From contig NZ_AZDJ01000013.1 of assembly GCF_001434705.1 (NCBI RefSeq), positions 140,542-204,541 on the forward strand: a stretch of 64,000 nucleotides of DNA. The letters run 5' to 3'. The translations under genes and the position numbers were made by a program. The notes beneath the pieces were generated by a model, which saw only the letters and a program-made list of their open reading frames with translations, did not search any database and was not told the origin of the DNA. Source of the DNA: Lacticaseibacillus nasuensis JCM 17158 (GTDB lineage Bacteria; Bacillota; Bacilli; Lactobacillales; Lactobacillaceae). This document shows, piece after piece, positions 44,427-53,217 of the stretch (its first letter is position 1; each line of letters begins with the position of its first letter).

Positions 44427-46100
44427 CTAGAATAACCCACTGATTTTTCCATTTTCATCGACATCCATGCGCTCGGCGGCCGGCACCTTCGGCAGGCCAG
44501 GCATCGTCAAGACAGTGCCGGTCATCACGACTAAGAATCCGGCCCCTAGTTTGGGGATGACGTCGCGTACGGTGATTGTGAAGTCATCGGGGGCACCGAG
44601 CGCTTTGGCATCGTCACTGAACGAATATTGGGTCTTGGCCATGCACACGGGTAACTGGTCCCAGCCATTACGGCGAATGGTGCGTAACGCGGTTTGAGCT
44701 TCTTTAGTGTAGGTGACATTGCGACCGCCGTAGATCTCAGTCACGATTGTTTCGATTTTTTCCGTGGCGGTGGTCGCTTGAGCGTACAGTGGCGTAAAGT
44801 GCGCCGGCTGTTGCAACGCCGCCAGCACGGCATCGGCAAGGGCGAGTCCGCCTTGGCCACCATCTGCCCAGACTGGGGCATCAACTGCGGTGACGCCCAC
44901 TGCTTCGCACAAGGCAATCAAGTCAGCAATCTCGGCTGGCGTATCGCTGACAAAGTGGTTGATTGCCACGAGCACCGGGACCCCATAGCGTTGCATATTG
45001 GTGATATGCCGGCGCAGGTTGGCGAACCCCTCAGCCAGTGCGGTACGATTTTCGGTGGTCAAGTCGGCAAGTTTGACCCCACCGTTATACTTTAAGGCGC
45101 GCACGGTAGCGACAATAACCACCGCATCGGGCGTTTTACCCAAGACGGGTGCCTTAATATCCATGAACTTTTCCGCGCCGAGATCGGCCCCAAAGCCTGC
45201 TTCGGTCAAAGCAATGTCCCCCAGCGCCAACGCCGTGCGAGTGGCAAGCACAGAGTTGCAACCGTGGGCAATATTGGCAAAAGGGCCACCATGAATTAAT
45301 GTTGGCGTGTGGGCCAGTGTTTGCACCAAGTTAGGTTTGCTCGCGTCTTTTAAGAGCATCGCGATGGCCCCGGTCACCCCTAGGTCGGCCACCGTTACCG
45401 GTGCTCGATCGTAAGTGTAGCCAATAACGATGCGGCTGATGCGCGCCTTCAAATCCGCCAAGTCTTCCGCCAGACACAACACCGCCATCAATTCTGAGGC
45501 AACCGTGATATCAAACTCGGTTTCGCGCGGCACCCCATTGGCATGCCCCCCTAGGCCAATGACCACATGACGGAGTGCCCGGTCATTAATATCTAGCGCG
45601 CGACGCCACAACAGTCTGCGTGGATCAAGATTGAGGGCATTGCCTTGTTGCAAATGGTTGTCAATCAAAGCGGCTAAGGTATCGACGGCAGTGGTCAAAG
45701 CGTGCATGTCGCCGGTAAAGTGAAGGTTAATATCCTCCATCGGCACGACTTGGGAATAGCCGCCACCGGTGGCGCCGCCTTTCATGCCCATTACTGGCCC
45801 CAGAGACGGCTCGCGCAACGCAATCACTGCTTTTTGGCCGCGCAGGCGCAAGGCATCGCCGAGGCCGATGGTCACGGTTGACTTTCCTTCGCCTGCTGGG
45901 GTGGGATTAATCGACGTCACGAGCACCAGCTTGCCCTGCGAGGCGTGCCGGAGTCGGCGCAGCGTGGGGATGCTGAGCTTTGCTTTGTAGTTGCCATAAA
46001 GCTCGAGATCCGCCGCGGTTAACCCGACTGATTCAGCAACTTTGGTGATTGGCAGCATGTTGTGAGCTTCATTTGCTTGGGCGATTTCGATATCAGACAT
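44427..46100 (-). CDS. fhs: formate--tetrahydrofolate ligase
   Basis: 557 aa; [16 protein letters not shown]-loop; highly conserved Fhs. Confidence 0.95.
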   Translation of the reverse strand: MSDIEIAQANEAHNMLPITKVAESVGLTAADLELYGNYKAKLSIPTLRRLRHASQGKLVLVTSINPTPAGEGKSTVTIGLGDALRLRGQKAVIALREPSLGPVMGMKGGATGGGYSQVVPMEDINLHFTGDMHALTTAVDTLAALIDNHLQQGNALNLDPRRLLWRRALDINDRALRHVVIGLGGHANGVPRETEFDITVASELMAVLCLAEDLADLKARISRIVIGYTYDRAPVTVADLGVTGAIAMLLKDASKPNLVQTLAHTPTLIHGGPFANIAHGCNSVLATRTALALGDIALTEAGFGADLGAEKFMDIKAPVLGKTPDAVVIVATVRALKYNGGVKLADLTTENRTALAEGFANLRRHITNMQRYGVPVLVAINHFVSDTPAEIADLIALCEAVGVTAVDAPVWADGGQGGLALADAVLAALQQPAHFTPLYAQATTATEKIETIVTEIYGGRNVTYTKEAQTALRTIRRNGWDQLPVCMAKTQYSFSDDAKALGAPDDFTITVRDVIPKLGAGFLVVMTGTVLTMPGLPKVPAAERMDVDENGKISGLF

Positions 46101-46102
46101 GT

Positions 46103-46513
46103 CTATCCCTTCTGGTCAATGACCAATCCATGCGTAGCGAGCACCTGTCGCAGTTGTTTTGCCTGCACCAGGCACATAATCGTCAAGCGGCCATAGCCGC
46201 GGGTGTCGATGGTAAACGTGTGGCCGCGTTGCGTCAGCCCACGCACATCCGCCCAACTTACAGTAATCGCGTTGCTAGCCAAAATGCGGCCGAAGGTCAC
46301 CGTCGAGGCCGTGATGGTGAGTCGCGTGCGCCAAATTTGGGCGATGCCGATGGCAATTACGGCGGCCAATACCAACCAAGCCAGCGGTACGAAGGTTTGA
46401 TAGTTGCCAATTTCCATTTGCAACACGATGGCCAAGGCCACACCACATAACTCCAACCCCCAGAAAATGATAAAATCATTACGAGCCGGTTGATACCACA
46501 AACGCGTTTTCAC
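46103..46513 (-). CDS. membrane protein with 2 TM helices and a bacterial PH-like domain (YdbS/YcxB-like), 136 aa
   Basis: TM hairpin then [28 protein letters not shown]...[14 protein letters not shown]; stop 3 nt before fhs start (coupled). Confidence 0.55.
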   Translation of the reverse strand: MKTRLWYQPARNDFIIFWGLELCGVALAIVLQMEIGNYQTFVPLAWLVLAAVIAIGIAQIWRTRLTITASTVTFGRILASNAITVSWADVRGLTQRGHTFTIDTRGYGRLTIMCLVQAKQLRQVLATHGLVIDQKG

Positions 46514-46537
46514 GCCACCACTTCCTTAGGAGATTTC

Positions 46538-46924
46538 ATGATAAGACTATACACAGATGCAGCCACAAAAGGCAACTTTGGTCCAGGCGGGCTGGGCATT
46601 ATGATTTCGGCCACTGGCGTGCATGATCAAACGCATCAAGCCCTGCCACCAATGACGAACCATGAGGCGGAATTTGAAGCCGCGATTGCCGGCTTGTTGC
46701 GTGTGCAGGCGCTTGGCCTGAGCGGGTCCGTTGCCCTGTACACGGATTCCAAGCTTGTCATTTCGGCATTGGATAAGCGTTATGCCAAGCACTATGCCGA
46801 TTATGTCACAAAATTGTTGGCTGTGGCGGATCAATTTTCCAGCCTGTTTTGGCAATGGGTGCCCGACCACCAAAATCACGGCGCGCACGACTTGGCGCTA
46901 CAAGGGCTGCATGAAGACAAATAA
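46538..46924 (+). CDS. RNase H-like family protein (ribonuclease HI-type fold)
   Basis: RBS aggag; MIRLYTDAATKGNFGPGGLG...NHEAEFEAAIAGL...LYTDSKLVISAL...; acidic residues placed as in RNase HI. Confidence 0.65.
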   Translation: MIRLYTDAATKGNFGPGGLGIMISATGVHDQTHQALPPMTNHEAEFEAAIAGLLRVQALGLSGSVALYTDSKLVISALDKRYAKHYADYVTKLLAVADQFSSLFWQWVPDHQNHGAHDLALQGLHEDK

Positions 46925-46956
46925 AAAAGGTTGAGCCGGTGGCCCAACCTGAAGTA
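46925..46956 (-). terminator. terminator (minus) after nitroreductase gene
   Basis: Minus strand: hairpin GGTTGGGCCACCGGCTCAACC followed by TTTTTTATT. Confidence 0.5.
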
Positions 46957-47559
46957 TTAATCGAGAACCTTGAAGCGATCGGCGCGAGCCATATAATCTT
47001 TAGCGTCGGCGGGTGCTTCGATGGAGCCAAACGGCATTTGCGCACGCAACGTCCAGTTAGCCGGGATGTCAAACGCCTTGGCCACCTGTTCGTCAATCAG
47101 TGGATTGTAGTGTTGCAGGCTAGCCCCAAGGCCGTTGTCCGCGAGCGTCACCCAGGTGTTGAGCTGCGCGGAACCTTGCCCCTGCTCCGCCCAAGTGGCA
47201 AAATTATCAGCATACAGCGCGAAGTCGTGCTCAAGCTGATGCACGACGGCAGTATCGGTGAAATACAAGATGGTGCCGTAAGCCGCTTTGAAGGCAGCAA
47301 TCTTCTGCTTGGTCTTTTCGTAGGCGGCTTCGGTTGGCACCTCGGACTTGAGGCGGGCAACCACAATGTCCCACAGTTGGTCGTGCTTATCACCGAACAG
47401 GAACACGGCGCGCGTCGTTTGCGAGTTGAAGGCTGTCGGCGTCTCTTCGATCACGGCCTCAATGGCGTCGACCAGTTCAGCTTGGTTTTGCTGAACATTT
47501 TTGCCTAACGCATAAATGGAGCGACGGGACTTGAGTAATTGCAGTACATTCTGATTCAC
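46957..47559 (-). CDS. nitroreductase-family protein
   Basis: RBS aaaggtgg + GTG start (VNQNVLQLLKSRRSIYAL...); nitroreductase fold signatures. Confidence 0.75.
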   Translation of the reverse strand: MNQNVLQLLKSRRSIYALGKNVQQNQAELVDAIEAVIEETPTAFNSQTTRAVFLFGDKHDQLWDIVVARLKSEVPTEAAYEKTKQKIAAFKAAYGTILYFTDTAVVHQLEHDFALYADNFATWAEQGQGSAQLNTWVTLADNGLGASLQHYNPLIDEQVAKAFDIPANWTLRAQMPFGSIEAPADAKDYMARADRFKVLD

Positions 47560-47646
47560 GGGATAACCACCTTTATTCGAGTATGGTATTAGTCTATCAA
47601 CCAATTATTTGTAAGTAAAGCACAAATTAAAAGTTAGGAGTCAGCC

Positions 47647-49101
47647 ATGTCTCTGTTTGGGATAATGATTACCGTGATTCTAGTGCTGAATACTGTCGGC
47701 GCGGTATTTACCGTGTTGCGTTCAGTGCGCGATATTAGCACGACCTGGGCATGGTTACTAGTGTTACTTTTCTTACCCGTCGGTGGCTTTATTTTGTATC
47801 TGTTTGCCGGCCGCGGGCTATCAGCTAAGCGCGTGCGTGCGATTCAAACTGAATACCGTCACGGGATTAGTGCCTTCGTCAGGCTTCAGCAAAAACAAAA
47901 TGCCCGCAATCGCCTCTTGCCTGCCGGCGTCTCAGCTCCGGCGGCGAAGGAGCTGATTGCCTTGTTCCTAAATACCGACCAGGCCCCGTTGCTGACCAAT
48001 CAGCAGGTCGATATTTTTACCGATGGCACGGCGAAGTTTCGGCAGTTATTCGCGGACATTGATGCCGCAAAGCGTTATGTCATGGTGGAGTATTACACAA
48101 TCTATAATGATGCGTTAGGCAATGAGCTACGCCAGCACCTCATTGCCAAGGCTCAAGCCGGGGTCGCTGTGTACGTGTTGTATGACGCCTGGGGGTCGCT
48201 GGGCGCGTCAGCAAAGTGGTGGCGGCCACTGGTGGCCGCGGGGGGCCATGCGGAAACATATTTCAGTTCGCGGCATTTATTCTTGGATTTCCGCTTAAAT
48301 TATCGCGATCATCGCAAGATTGTCGTGATTGACGACCAGGTTGGGTATGTTGGCGGCTTCAACGTCGGCGACCAGTACGTTTCCCGCAAGCCGAAATTTG
48401 GCTTCTGGCGTGATACCCACCTGCGTATTCTCGGCGATACCGTTTTAGCTTTAAAAGTCCGGTTCTTAATGGATTGGAACGCTACAGTTGGTGCGCGCGA
48501 CGCCATCGCCTATGCGCAAAGTGCTCCTGCGCCGACAAGCGCGACGCCTGGGCAAAACGCCATGCAAATCGTCGCGTCTGGACCGGATTCAGACGCCCAG
48601 CAAATTAAAATGGGTTACGTGAAACTGATCACCGGCGCCTCACACTCTGTGTGGCTGCAGTCTCCTTACCTGATTCCCGACGATACTGTGCGCGACGCGT
48701 TGGTCACCGCTGCGCTGGCCGGCATCGATGTCCGAGTGATGATTCCCAATATGCCGGATCATCCGTTCATCTACCGAGCAACGCAATATTACGCCGCGCA
48801 ACTGACCCGGGCTGGGGTCAAGGTGTACCATTATCAACACGGCTTTCTCCATGCCAAAACAATGGTCGTCGACGGCAAACTGGCGAGTGTGGGCTCGGCT
48901 AATTGTGACATTCGCAGCTTTAAGTTAAACTTTGAAGTCAACGCGTTTTTGTATGATCCGGCGCTGGCTCGTCGGCTCAGTCAGATCTTTGAAGCTGATC
49001 AGGCCCATTGCCACCTTTTGACGGTACAAGACATCGAAGCCCAAGGTTGGTGGTTACATTTCAAGCAAGACTTTTCCCGCCTCTTATCCCCAATTCTCTG
49101 A
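47647..49101 (+). CDS. cls: cardiolipin synthase
   Basis: Two N-terminal TM helices; two HKD motifs (HRKIVVIDD; HAKTMVVDG). Confidence 0.9.
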   Translation: MSLFGIMITVILVLNTVGAVFTVLRSVRDISTTWAWLLVLLFLPVGGFILYLFAGRGLSAKRVRAIQTEYRHGISAFVRLQQKQNARNRLLPAGVSAPAAKELIALFLNTDQAPLLTNQQVDIFTDGTAKFRQLFADIDAAKRYVMVEYYTIYNDALGNELRQHLIAKAQAGVAVYVLYDAWGSLGASAKWWRPLVAAGGHAETYFSSRHLFLDFRLNYRDHRKIVVIDDQVGYVGGFNVGDQYVSRKPKFGFWRDTHLRILGDTVLALKVRFLMDWNATVGARDAIAYAQSAPAPTSATPGQNAMQIVASGPDSDAQQIKMGYVKLITGASHSVWLQSPYLIPDDTVRDALVTAALAGIDVRVMIPNMPDHPFIYRATQYYAAQLTRAGVKVYHYQHGFLHAKTMVVDGKLASVGSANCDIRSFKLNFEVNAFLYDPALARRLSQIFEADQAHCHLLTVQDIEAQGWWLHFKQDFSRLLSPIL

Positions 49102-49119
49102 TCATCAAAGCAAAAGAAA

Positions 49120-49154
49120 ACGCCAGCAGTGCTGGCGTGTGATATTATTTTTCC
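49120..49154. terminator. bidirectional terminator between cls (+) and hypothetical gene (-)
   Basis: ACGCCAGC-agt-GCTGGCGT with T-rich tracts on both strands. Confidence 0.6.
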
Positions 49155-49474
49155 CACCGATCATATTGTTGCTCATGGGTGGCCAGCAGGTGCAGTGCGG
49201 CGTGTGCAAATTTTTCGGTTTCTTGGTTGAGCTCGTCGCCACTTAATTCGTAGCGATCGACGAGGTAGCCTTCACCAATCGCCAGGAAATTCTCGGTGCG
49301 CCCGACACCATTATCTTTGAACAAGTCATCGAGCCCTTGTAAGCCGGATTTGGTCGCCTCGACAAGCGCCTTAGCCAGGTCGGTGTCATGTGGCAGGCGT
49401 CCTGCGGCATAGCTAATGAGATTCTCATTCATGTCGACGAGAACGGCTTGGTCGGCTTTTTGATCGCGTTTCAT
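49145..49474 (-). CDS. hypothetical acidic protein, 109 aa
   Basis: Strong RBS gaaaggggagg; MKRDQKADQAVLVDMNENLISYAAGRLPH...; no family recognised. Confidence 0.55.
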   Translation of the reverse strand: MKRDQKADQAVLVDMNENLISYAAGRLPHDTDLAKALVEATKSGLQGLDDLFKDNGVGRTENFLAIGEGYLVDRYELSGDELNQETEKFAHAALHLLATHEQQYDRWEK

Positions 49475-49604
49475 CCTATCACCTCCCCTTTCAGTATAAA
49501 CCGCTTGCCGGTGGGCGAAAAAGAATTTTTGCTAAAGCCGATTTTTTCCTGAATGTCCATGACCATCTATGCTACACTATGAGTAGGTTGTCGCACAGTG
49601 AATA

Positions 49605-49648
49605 CCACATCTTGGGGTGGTGAAGTTCACCCCCAAGATGTGGTATTT
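49605..49648 (+). promoter_or_regulatory. very stable inverted repeat (13+4 bp stem) followed by T-run, abutting the nrdH -35
   Basis: CCACATCTTGGGG-tGGTG-aagtt-CACC-CCCCAAGATGTGG then TATTTTTATTT; ends 5 nt before TTGACA. Confidence 0.5.
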
Positions 49649-49652
49649 TTAT

Positions 49653-49681
49653 TTGACACGACCCACAATATCGGGTATGAT
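49653..49681 (+). promoter_or_regulatory. nrdH promoter TTGACA-17-TATGAT
   Basis: TTGACA at 49653-49658, TATGAT at 49676-49681. Confidence 0.6.
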
Positions 49682-49712
49682 ACTGACATAATAAAAGTAA
49701 GGGATGATCACA

Positions 49713-49943
49713 ATGAGTAATATCACTTTATTTACGCGTAACGGCTGTCCACAATGCCGGATGACGAAGCACTACTTAACCACACACAATATTCCATTCA
49801 CGGAACACAACATCAACCAAGAACCTGAATATATCGACTACCTGAAGAACAAAGGGTTCCAAATGGTGCCGGTACTTGAAGCGGATGGTTTGCAGGCATT
49901 TTCCGGGTTCCGGCCCGATGCCCTCAAGCAGCTCGCTGGCTGA
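49713..49943 (+). CDS. nrdH: glutaredoxin-like protein NrdH
   Basis: MSNITLFTRNGCPQCRMTKHYL (CxxC redox motif); precedes nrdE. Confidence 0.85.
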   Translation: MSNITLFTRNGCPQCRMTKHYLTTHNIPFTEHNINQEPEYIDYLKNKGFQMVPVLEADGLQAFSGFRPDALKQLAG

Positions 49944-49954
49944 TTGCTGTTGGC

Positions 49955-49982
49955 GCGCCTGCCTCCCGCAGGCGCTTTTTTT
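49955..49982 (+). terminator. intrinsic terminator / attenuator between nrdH and nrdE
   Basis: GCGCCTGC-ctccc-GCAGGCGC + TTTTTTT; only 66 nt between nrdH stop and nrdE start. Confidence 0.65.
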
Positions 49983-50009
49983 GGCTCTGGGCCAGAAAGT
50001 GGTGACAAA

Positions 50010-52181
50010 ATGTCTCTAAAAACGCTTGATCCCGCCAAGGTGTCCTACTTCGCCTTGAACAATGAAATTAATATCCCAGTTGATGGGCAGATTCCTTTGA
50101 ATAAAGATAAAGAGGCCTTGGCTGCCTTCCTTAAAGAAAATGTCGCGCCGAACACGAAGCGCTTCACCAGCCTCAAGGAACGCCTCGATTACCTCATCGC
50201 CAATAATTATTATGAAGGCGAGTATATTCATAAATACTCTCAGGCGTTCCTCGATGATTTGTATCAATATTTGATTGGCGAGCACTTCGAATTTAAGTCC
50301 TTCATGGCTGCATACAAGTTTTATGCGCAATACGCGTTGAAAACTGATGATAATGCCTATTACCTTGAGGACTTCAAAGATCGCGTTTTTGCTAACGCCC
50401 TGTACTTTGGTGATGGCAACGAACAGCTCGCCCACGCCTTGGCGGATGAAATGATTCATCAGCGGTATCAGGCCGCTACCCCGTCGTTCCTGAACGCTGG
50501 GCGCGCGCGGCGTGGTGAGCTTGTGTCATGTTTTCTTCTGCAAATTACTGATGACATGAATTCGATTGGCCGCGCCGTAAATTCTGCTTTGGAGCTGTCA
50601 CGAATCGGTGGCGGGGTCGGCCTGACGTTATCAAACCTGCGTGAAGCAGGGGCGCCAATTAAGGGCATCGAAGGTGCCGCCAGTGGCGTGCTGCCCGTCA
50701 TGAAATTATTGGAGGATTCCTTCTCCTACTCCAATCAGTTGGGTCAGCGTCAAGGCGCCGGCGTCGTTTACCTCAACGTGTTCCATCCAGACATCATCAA
50801 CTTCTTGGGCGCGAAAAAGGAAAACGCCGACGAAAAGTATCGGGTGAAGACCCTAAGTCTTGGCGTGGTCGTGCCGGACAAGTTCTATGAGCTCGTGGCC
50901 GCCGATGCCGACATGTACCTGTTTTCCCCGTATTCTGTTGAGCGCGAATATGGCCAACCGTTTTCCTATGTCGACATCTCCAAAGAATACGACAAGATGG
51001 TCGCGAACCCTCGGATTAAGAAATACAAGCTGCGCGCCCGCGACTTGGAAAACGAAATTTCCAAGCTGCAACAGGAATCCGGGTATCCCTATATCGTGAA
51101 CGTCGACACGGCTAATGAGGCCAGTCCAATCGCGGGTAAAATTATCATGAGTAATCTTTGCTCGGAAATTATGCAGGTGCAAACCCCTTCTGCGTTGAAC
51201 AACAAGCAGGAATACGACGTCATGGGAACGGACGTCTCATGCAACCTCGGCTCGACCAATATTCCCAATTTGATGAAGAGTCCCGACTTCGGGGCAAGTA
51301 TCGACGCCATGGTACGCGCGCTGACTTTTGTGACCGATCACTCCAACATCGATGTTGTGCCATCTGTGCAACATGGGAACAACGTCGCCCATTCCATCGG
51401 CTTGGGGGCCATGGGGCTGCACACCTTTTTTGCCTTGAACCATATGCATTATGGGGACAAAGAGGCGTTAGACTTCACTAACATTTACTTTCTATTGCTG
51501 AACTACTATACCTTGAAGAGTAGTAATGCGATTGCCCGTGAACGTCACGAGACCTTCGTCAACTTTGAGGCCAGCAAATACGCGGATGGCTCCTATTTCG
51601 ACAAGTACATCAACCAAGAATGGGCCCCACAAACGGCCAAGGTGCAGGCGTTGTTTAAGAATATTGCGGTTCCGACGCAAGCGGACTGGATTGCCTTGCG
51701 CGACGCCGTGATGGCAGATGGGTTATATCACCAAAACCGGCTGGCTGTTGCACCTAACGGGTCAATCAGCTACATCAACGACACCAGCGCTTCGTTACAG
51801 CCAATCGTCAACCGCATCGAAGACCGGCAGGAAAAGAAGATTGGGACGATTTATTATCCAGCGCCAGGCTTGTCCAATGATACGATGCCTTATTACCAAA
51901 GTGCCTATGACATCGACATGCGCAAGGAAATCGACGTTTATGCCGCCGCTCAACAGCACGTTGATCAAAGCATGTCCCTCACCTTCTTTATGCGTAGCAC
52001 GATTCCGGATGGCCTCTACCCATGGAAAGCCGGCCGGACGAATAAGATGACGACGCGTGACTTAAACATCCTGCGTAACTACGCACACCACAAGGGCATT
52101 AAGTCGATTTATTACATTCGGACCTACACAGACGACCAAGAAGAAATTGGCAGCAACGCCTGTGAAAGTTGCGTCATCTAA
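50010..52181 (+). CDS. nrdE: class Ib ribonucleoside-diphosphate reductase alpha subunit
   Basis: MSLKTLDPAKVSYFALNNE...; catalytic Cys/loop motifs; C-terminal redox cysteines (CESC). Confidence 0.95.
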   Translation: MSLKTLDPAKVSYFALNNEINIPVDGQIPLNKDKEALAAFLKENVAPNTKRFTSLKERLDYLIANNYYEGEYIHKYSQAFLDDLYQYLIGEHFEFKSFMAAYKFYAQYALKTDDNAYYLEDFKDRVFANALYFGDGNEQLAHALADEMIHQRYQAATPSFLNAGRARRGELVSCFLLQITDDMNSIGRAVNSALELSRIGGGVGLTLSNLREAGAPIKGIEGAASGVLPVMKLLEDSFSYSNQLGQRQGAGVVYLNVFHPDIINFLGAKKENADEKYRVKTLSLGVVVPDKFYELVAADADMYLFSPYSVEREYGQPFSYVDISKEYDKMVANPRIKKYKLRARDLENEISKLQQESGYPYIVNVDTANEASPIAGKIIMSNLCSEIMQVQTPSALNNKQEYDVMGTDVSCNLGSTNIPNLMKSPDFGASIDAMVRALTFVTDHSNIDVVPSVQHGNNVAHSIGLGAMGLHTFFALNHMHYGDKEALDFTNIYFLLLNYYTLKSSNAIARERHETFVNFEASKYADGSYFDKYINQEWAPQTAKVQALFKNIAVPTQADWIALRDAVMADGLYHQNRLAVAPNGSISYINDTSASLQPIVNRIEDRQEKKIGTIYYPAPGLSNDTMPYYQSAYDIDMRKEIDVYAAAQQHVDQSMSLTFFMRSTIPDGLYPWKAGRTNKMTTRDLNILRNYAHHKGIKSIYYIRTYTDDQEEIGSNACESCVI

Positions 52182-52211
52182 CATTTCGGGCCACCCGAAG
52201 AAGGAGTCAAC

Positions 52212-53168
52212 ATGGCAGAACAATATGAAGCAATCAACTGGAACGCCGTCGAGGACCAAATCGACAAGGCGACCTGGGAAAAATTAACGGAACAATTCTG
52301 GTTGGATACACGGATCCCGGTATCAAACGATCAAGACGACTGGCGCGAGCTCGCCGCCCCTGAACAATGGGTGGTTGGTCACGTCTTCGGCGGCCTCACC
52401 CTGTTGGATACCTTGCAGAGTCAAGACGGCATGGTTAGCCTGCAGCAAAACATTCGCACGCCGCAAGAACGCGCTGTTCTGAACAATATTCAATTCATGG
52501 AATCTGTGCATGCCAAGAGTTATTCGACGATTTTTTCGACGCTAAATACGCCGGCCGAAATCGATGAGATTTTTGACTGGACGAACCACAACGAGCACCT
52601 GCAATATAAAGCTAACAAGATTAACGATATTTACCACAATGGTAGCCCGTTGCAGAAGAAAATTGCCTCGGTTTTCTTGGAAACCTTCCTGTTTTATTCT
52701 GGGTTCTTCACCCCACTATGGTACTTGGGCAATAACAAGCTCACGAATGTCGCCGAAATCATTAAGTTGATCATCCGCGACGAAAGTGTTCATGGCACCT
52801 ATATTGGATACAAGTTCCAACTCGGATTCAACGAACTCAGCGAGGCTGACCAACAGGAACTAAAGGACTGGATGTACGACTTGCTGTACGATCTTTACGC
52901 CAACGAAGAGGGCTACACCAACGACATCTACGCCACCCGGACGGAGTGGACGGATCAAGTCATGACCTTCCTGCGGTATAACGCGAACAAGGCCTTGATG
53001 AACCTCGGCCAAGAGCCGTTGTTCCCTGACACCGCCGAAGACGTTAATCCAATCGTCATGAATGGGATCTCCACTTCCACGTCGAATCATGACTTCTTCT
53101 CGCAAGTCGGTAATGGTTATCGGCTGGGTCAAGTCGAAGCGATGAGCGACGACGATTACAAGTTTTAG
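52212..53168 (+). CDS. nrdF: class Ib ribonucleoside-diphosphate reductase beta subunit
   Basis: Dimetal ligands (E..H pairs), tyrosyl-radical region; 318 aa. Confidence 0.95.
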   Translation: MAEQYEAINWNAVEDQIDKATWEKLTEQFWLDTRIPVSNDQDDWRELAAPEQWVVGHVFGGLTLLDTLQSQDGMVSLQQNIRTPQERAVLNNIQFMESVHAKSYSTIFSTLNTPAEIDEIFDWTNHNEHLQYKANKINDIYHNGSPLQKKIASVFLETFLFYSGFFTPLWYLGNNKLTNVAEIIKLIIRDESVHGTYIGYKFQLGFNELSEADQQELKDWMYDLLYDLYANEEGYTNDIYATRTEWTDQVMTFLRYNANKALMNLGQEPLFPDTAEDVNPIVMNGISTSTSNHDFFSQVGNGYRLGQVEAMSDDDYKF

Positions 53169-53177
53169 CCAAAGCAA

Positions 53178-53214
53178 ATCCCCGATTCGCCTCACAGCGA
53201 GTCGGGGATTTTTT
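53178..53214. terminator. terminator between nrdF (+) and pepO (-)
   Basis: ATCCCCGATTCGC-...-GCGAGTCGGGGAT + TTTTT. Confidence 0.65.
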
Positions 53215-53217
53215 GGT

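Noticed and set aside
49560-49700. NrdR boxes upstream of nrdH
   Set aside because: Only about 11/16 matches to the ACACwATATATwGTGT consensus were found by eye (e.g. 49573-49588). Not reported as a feature.
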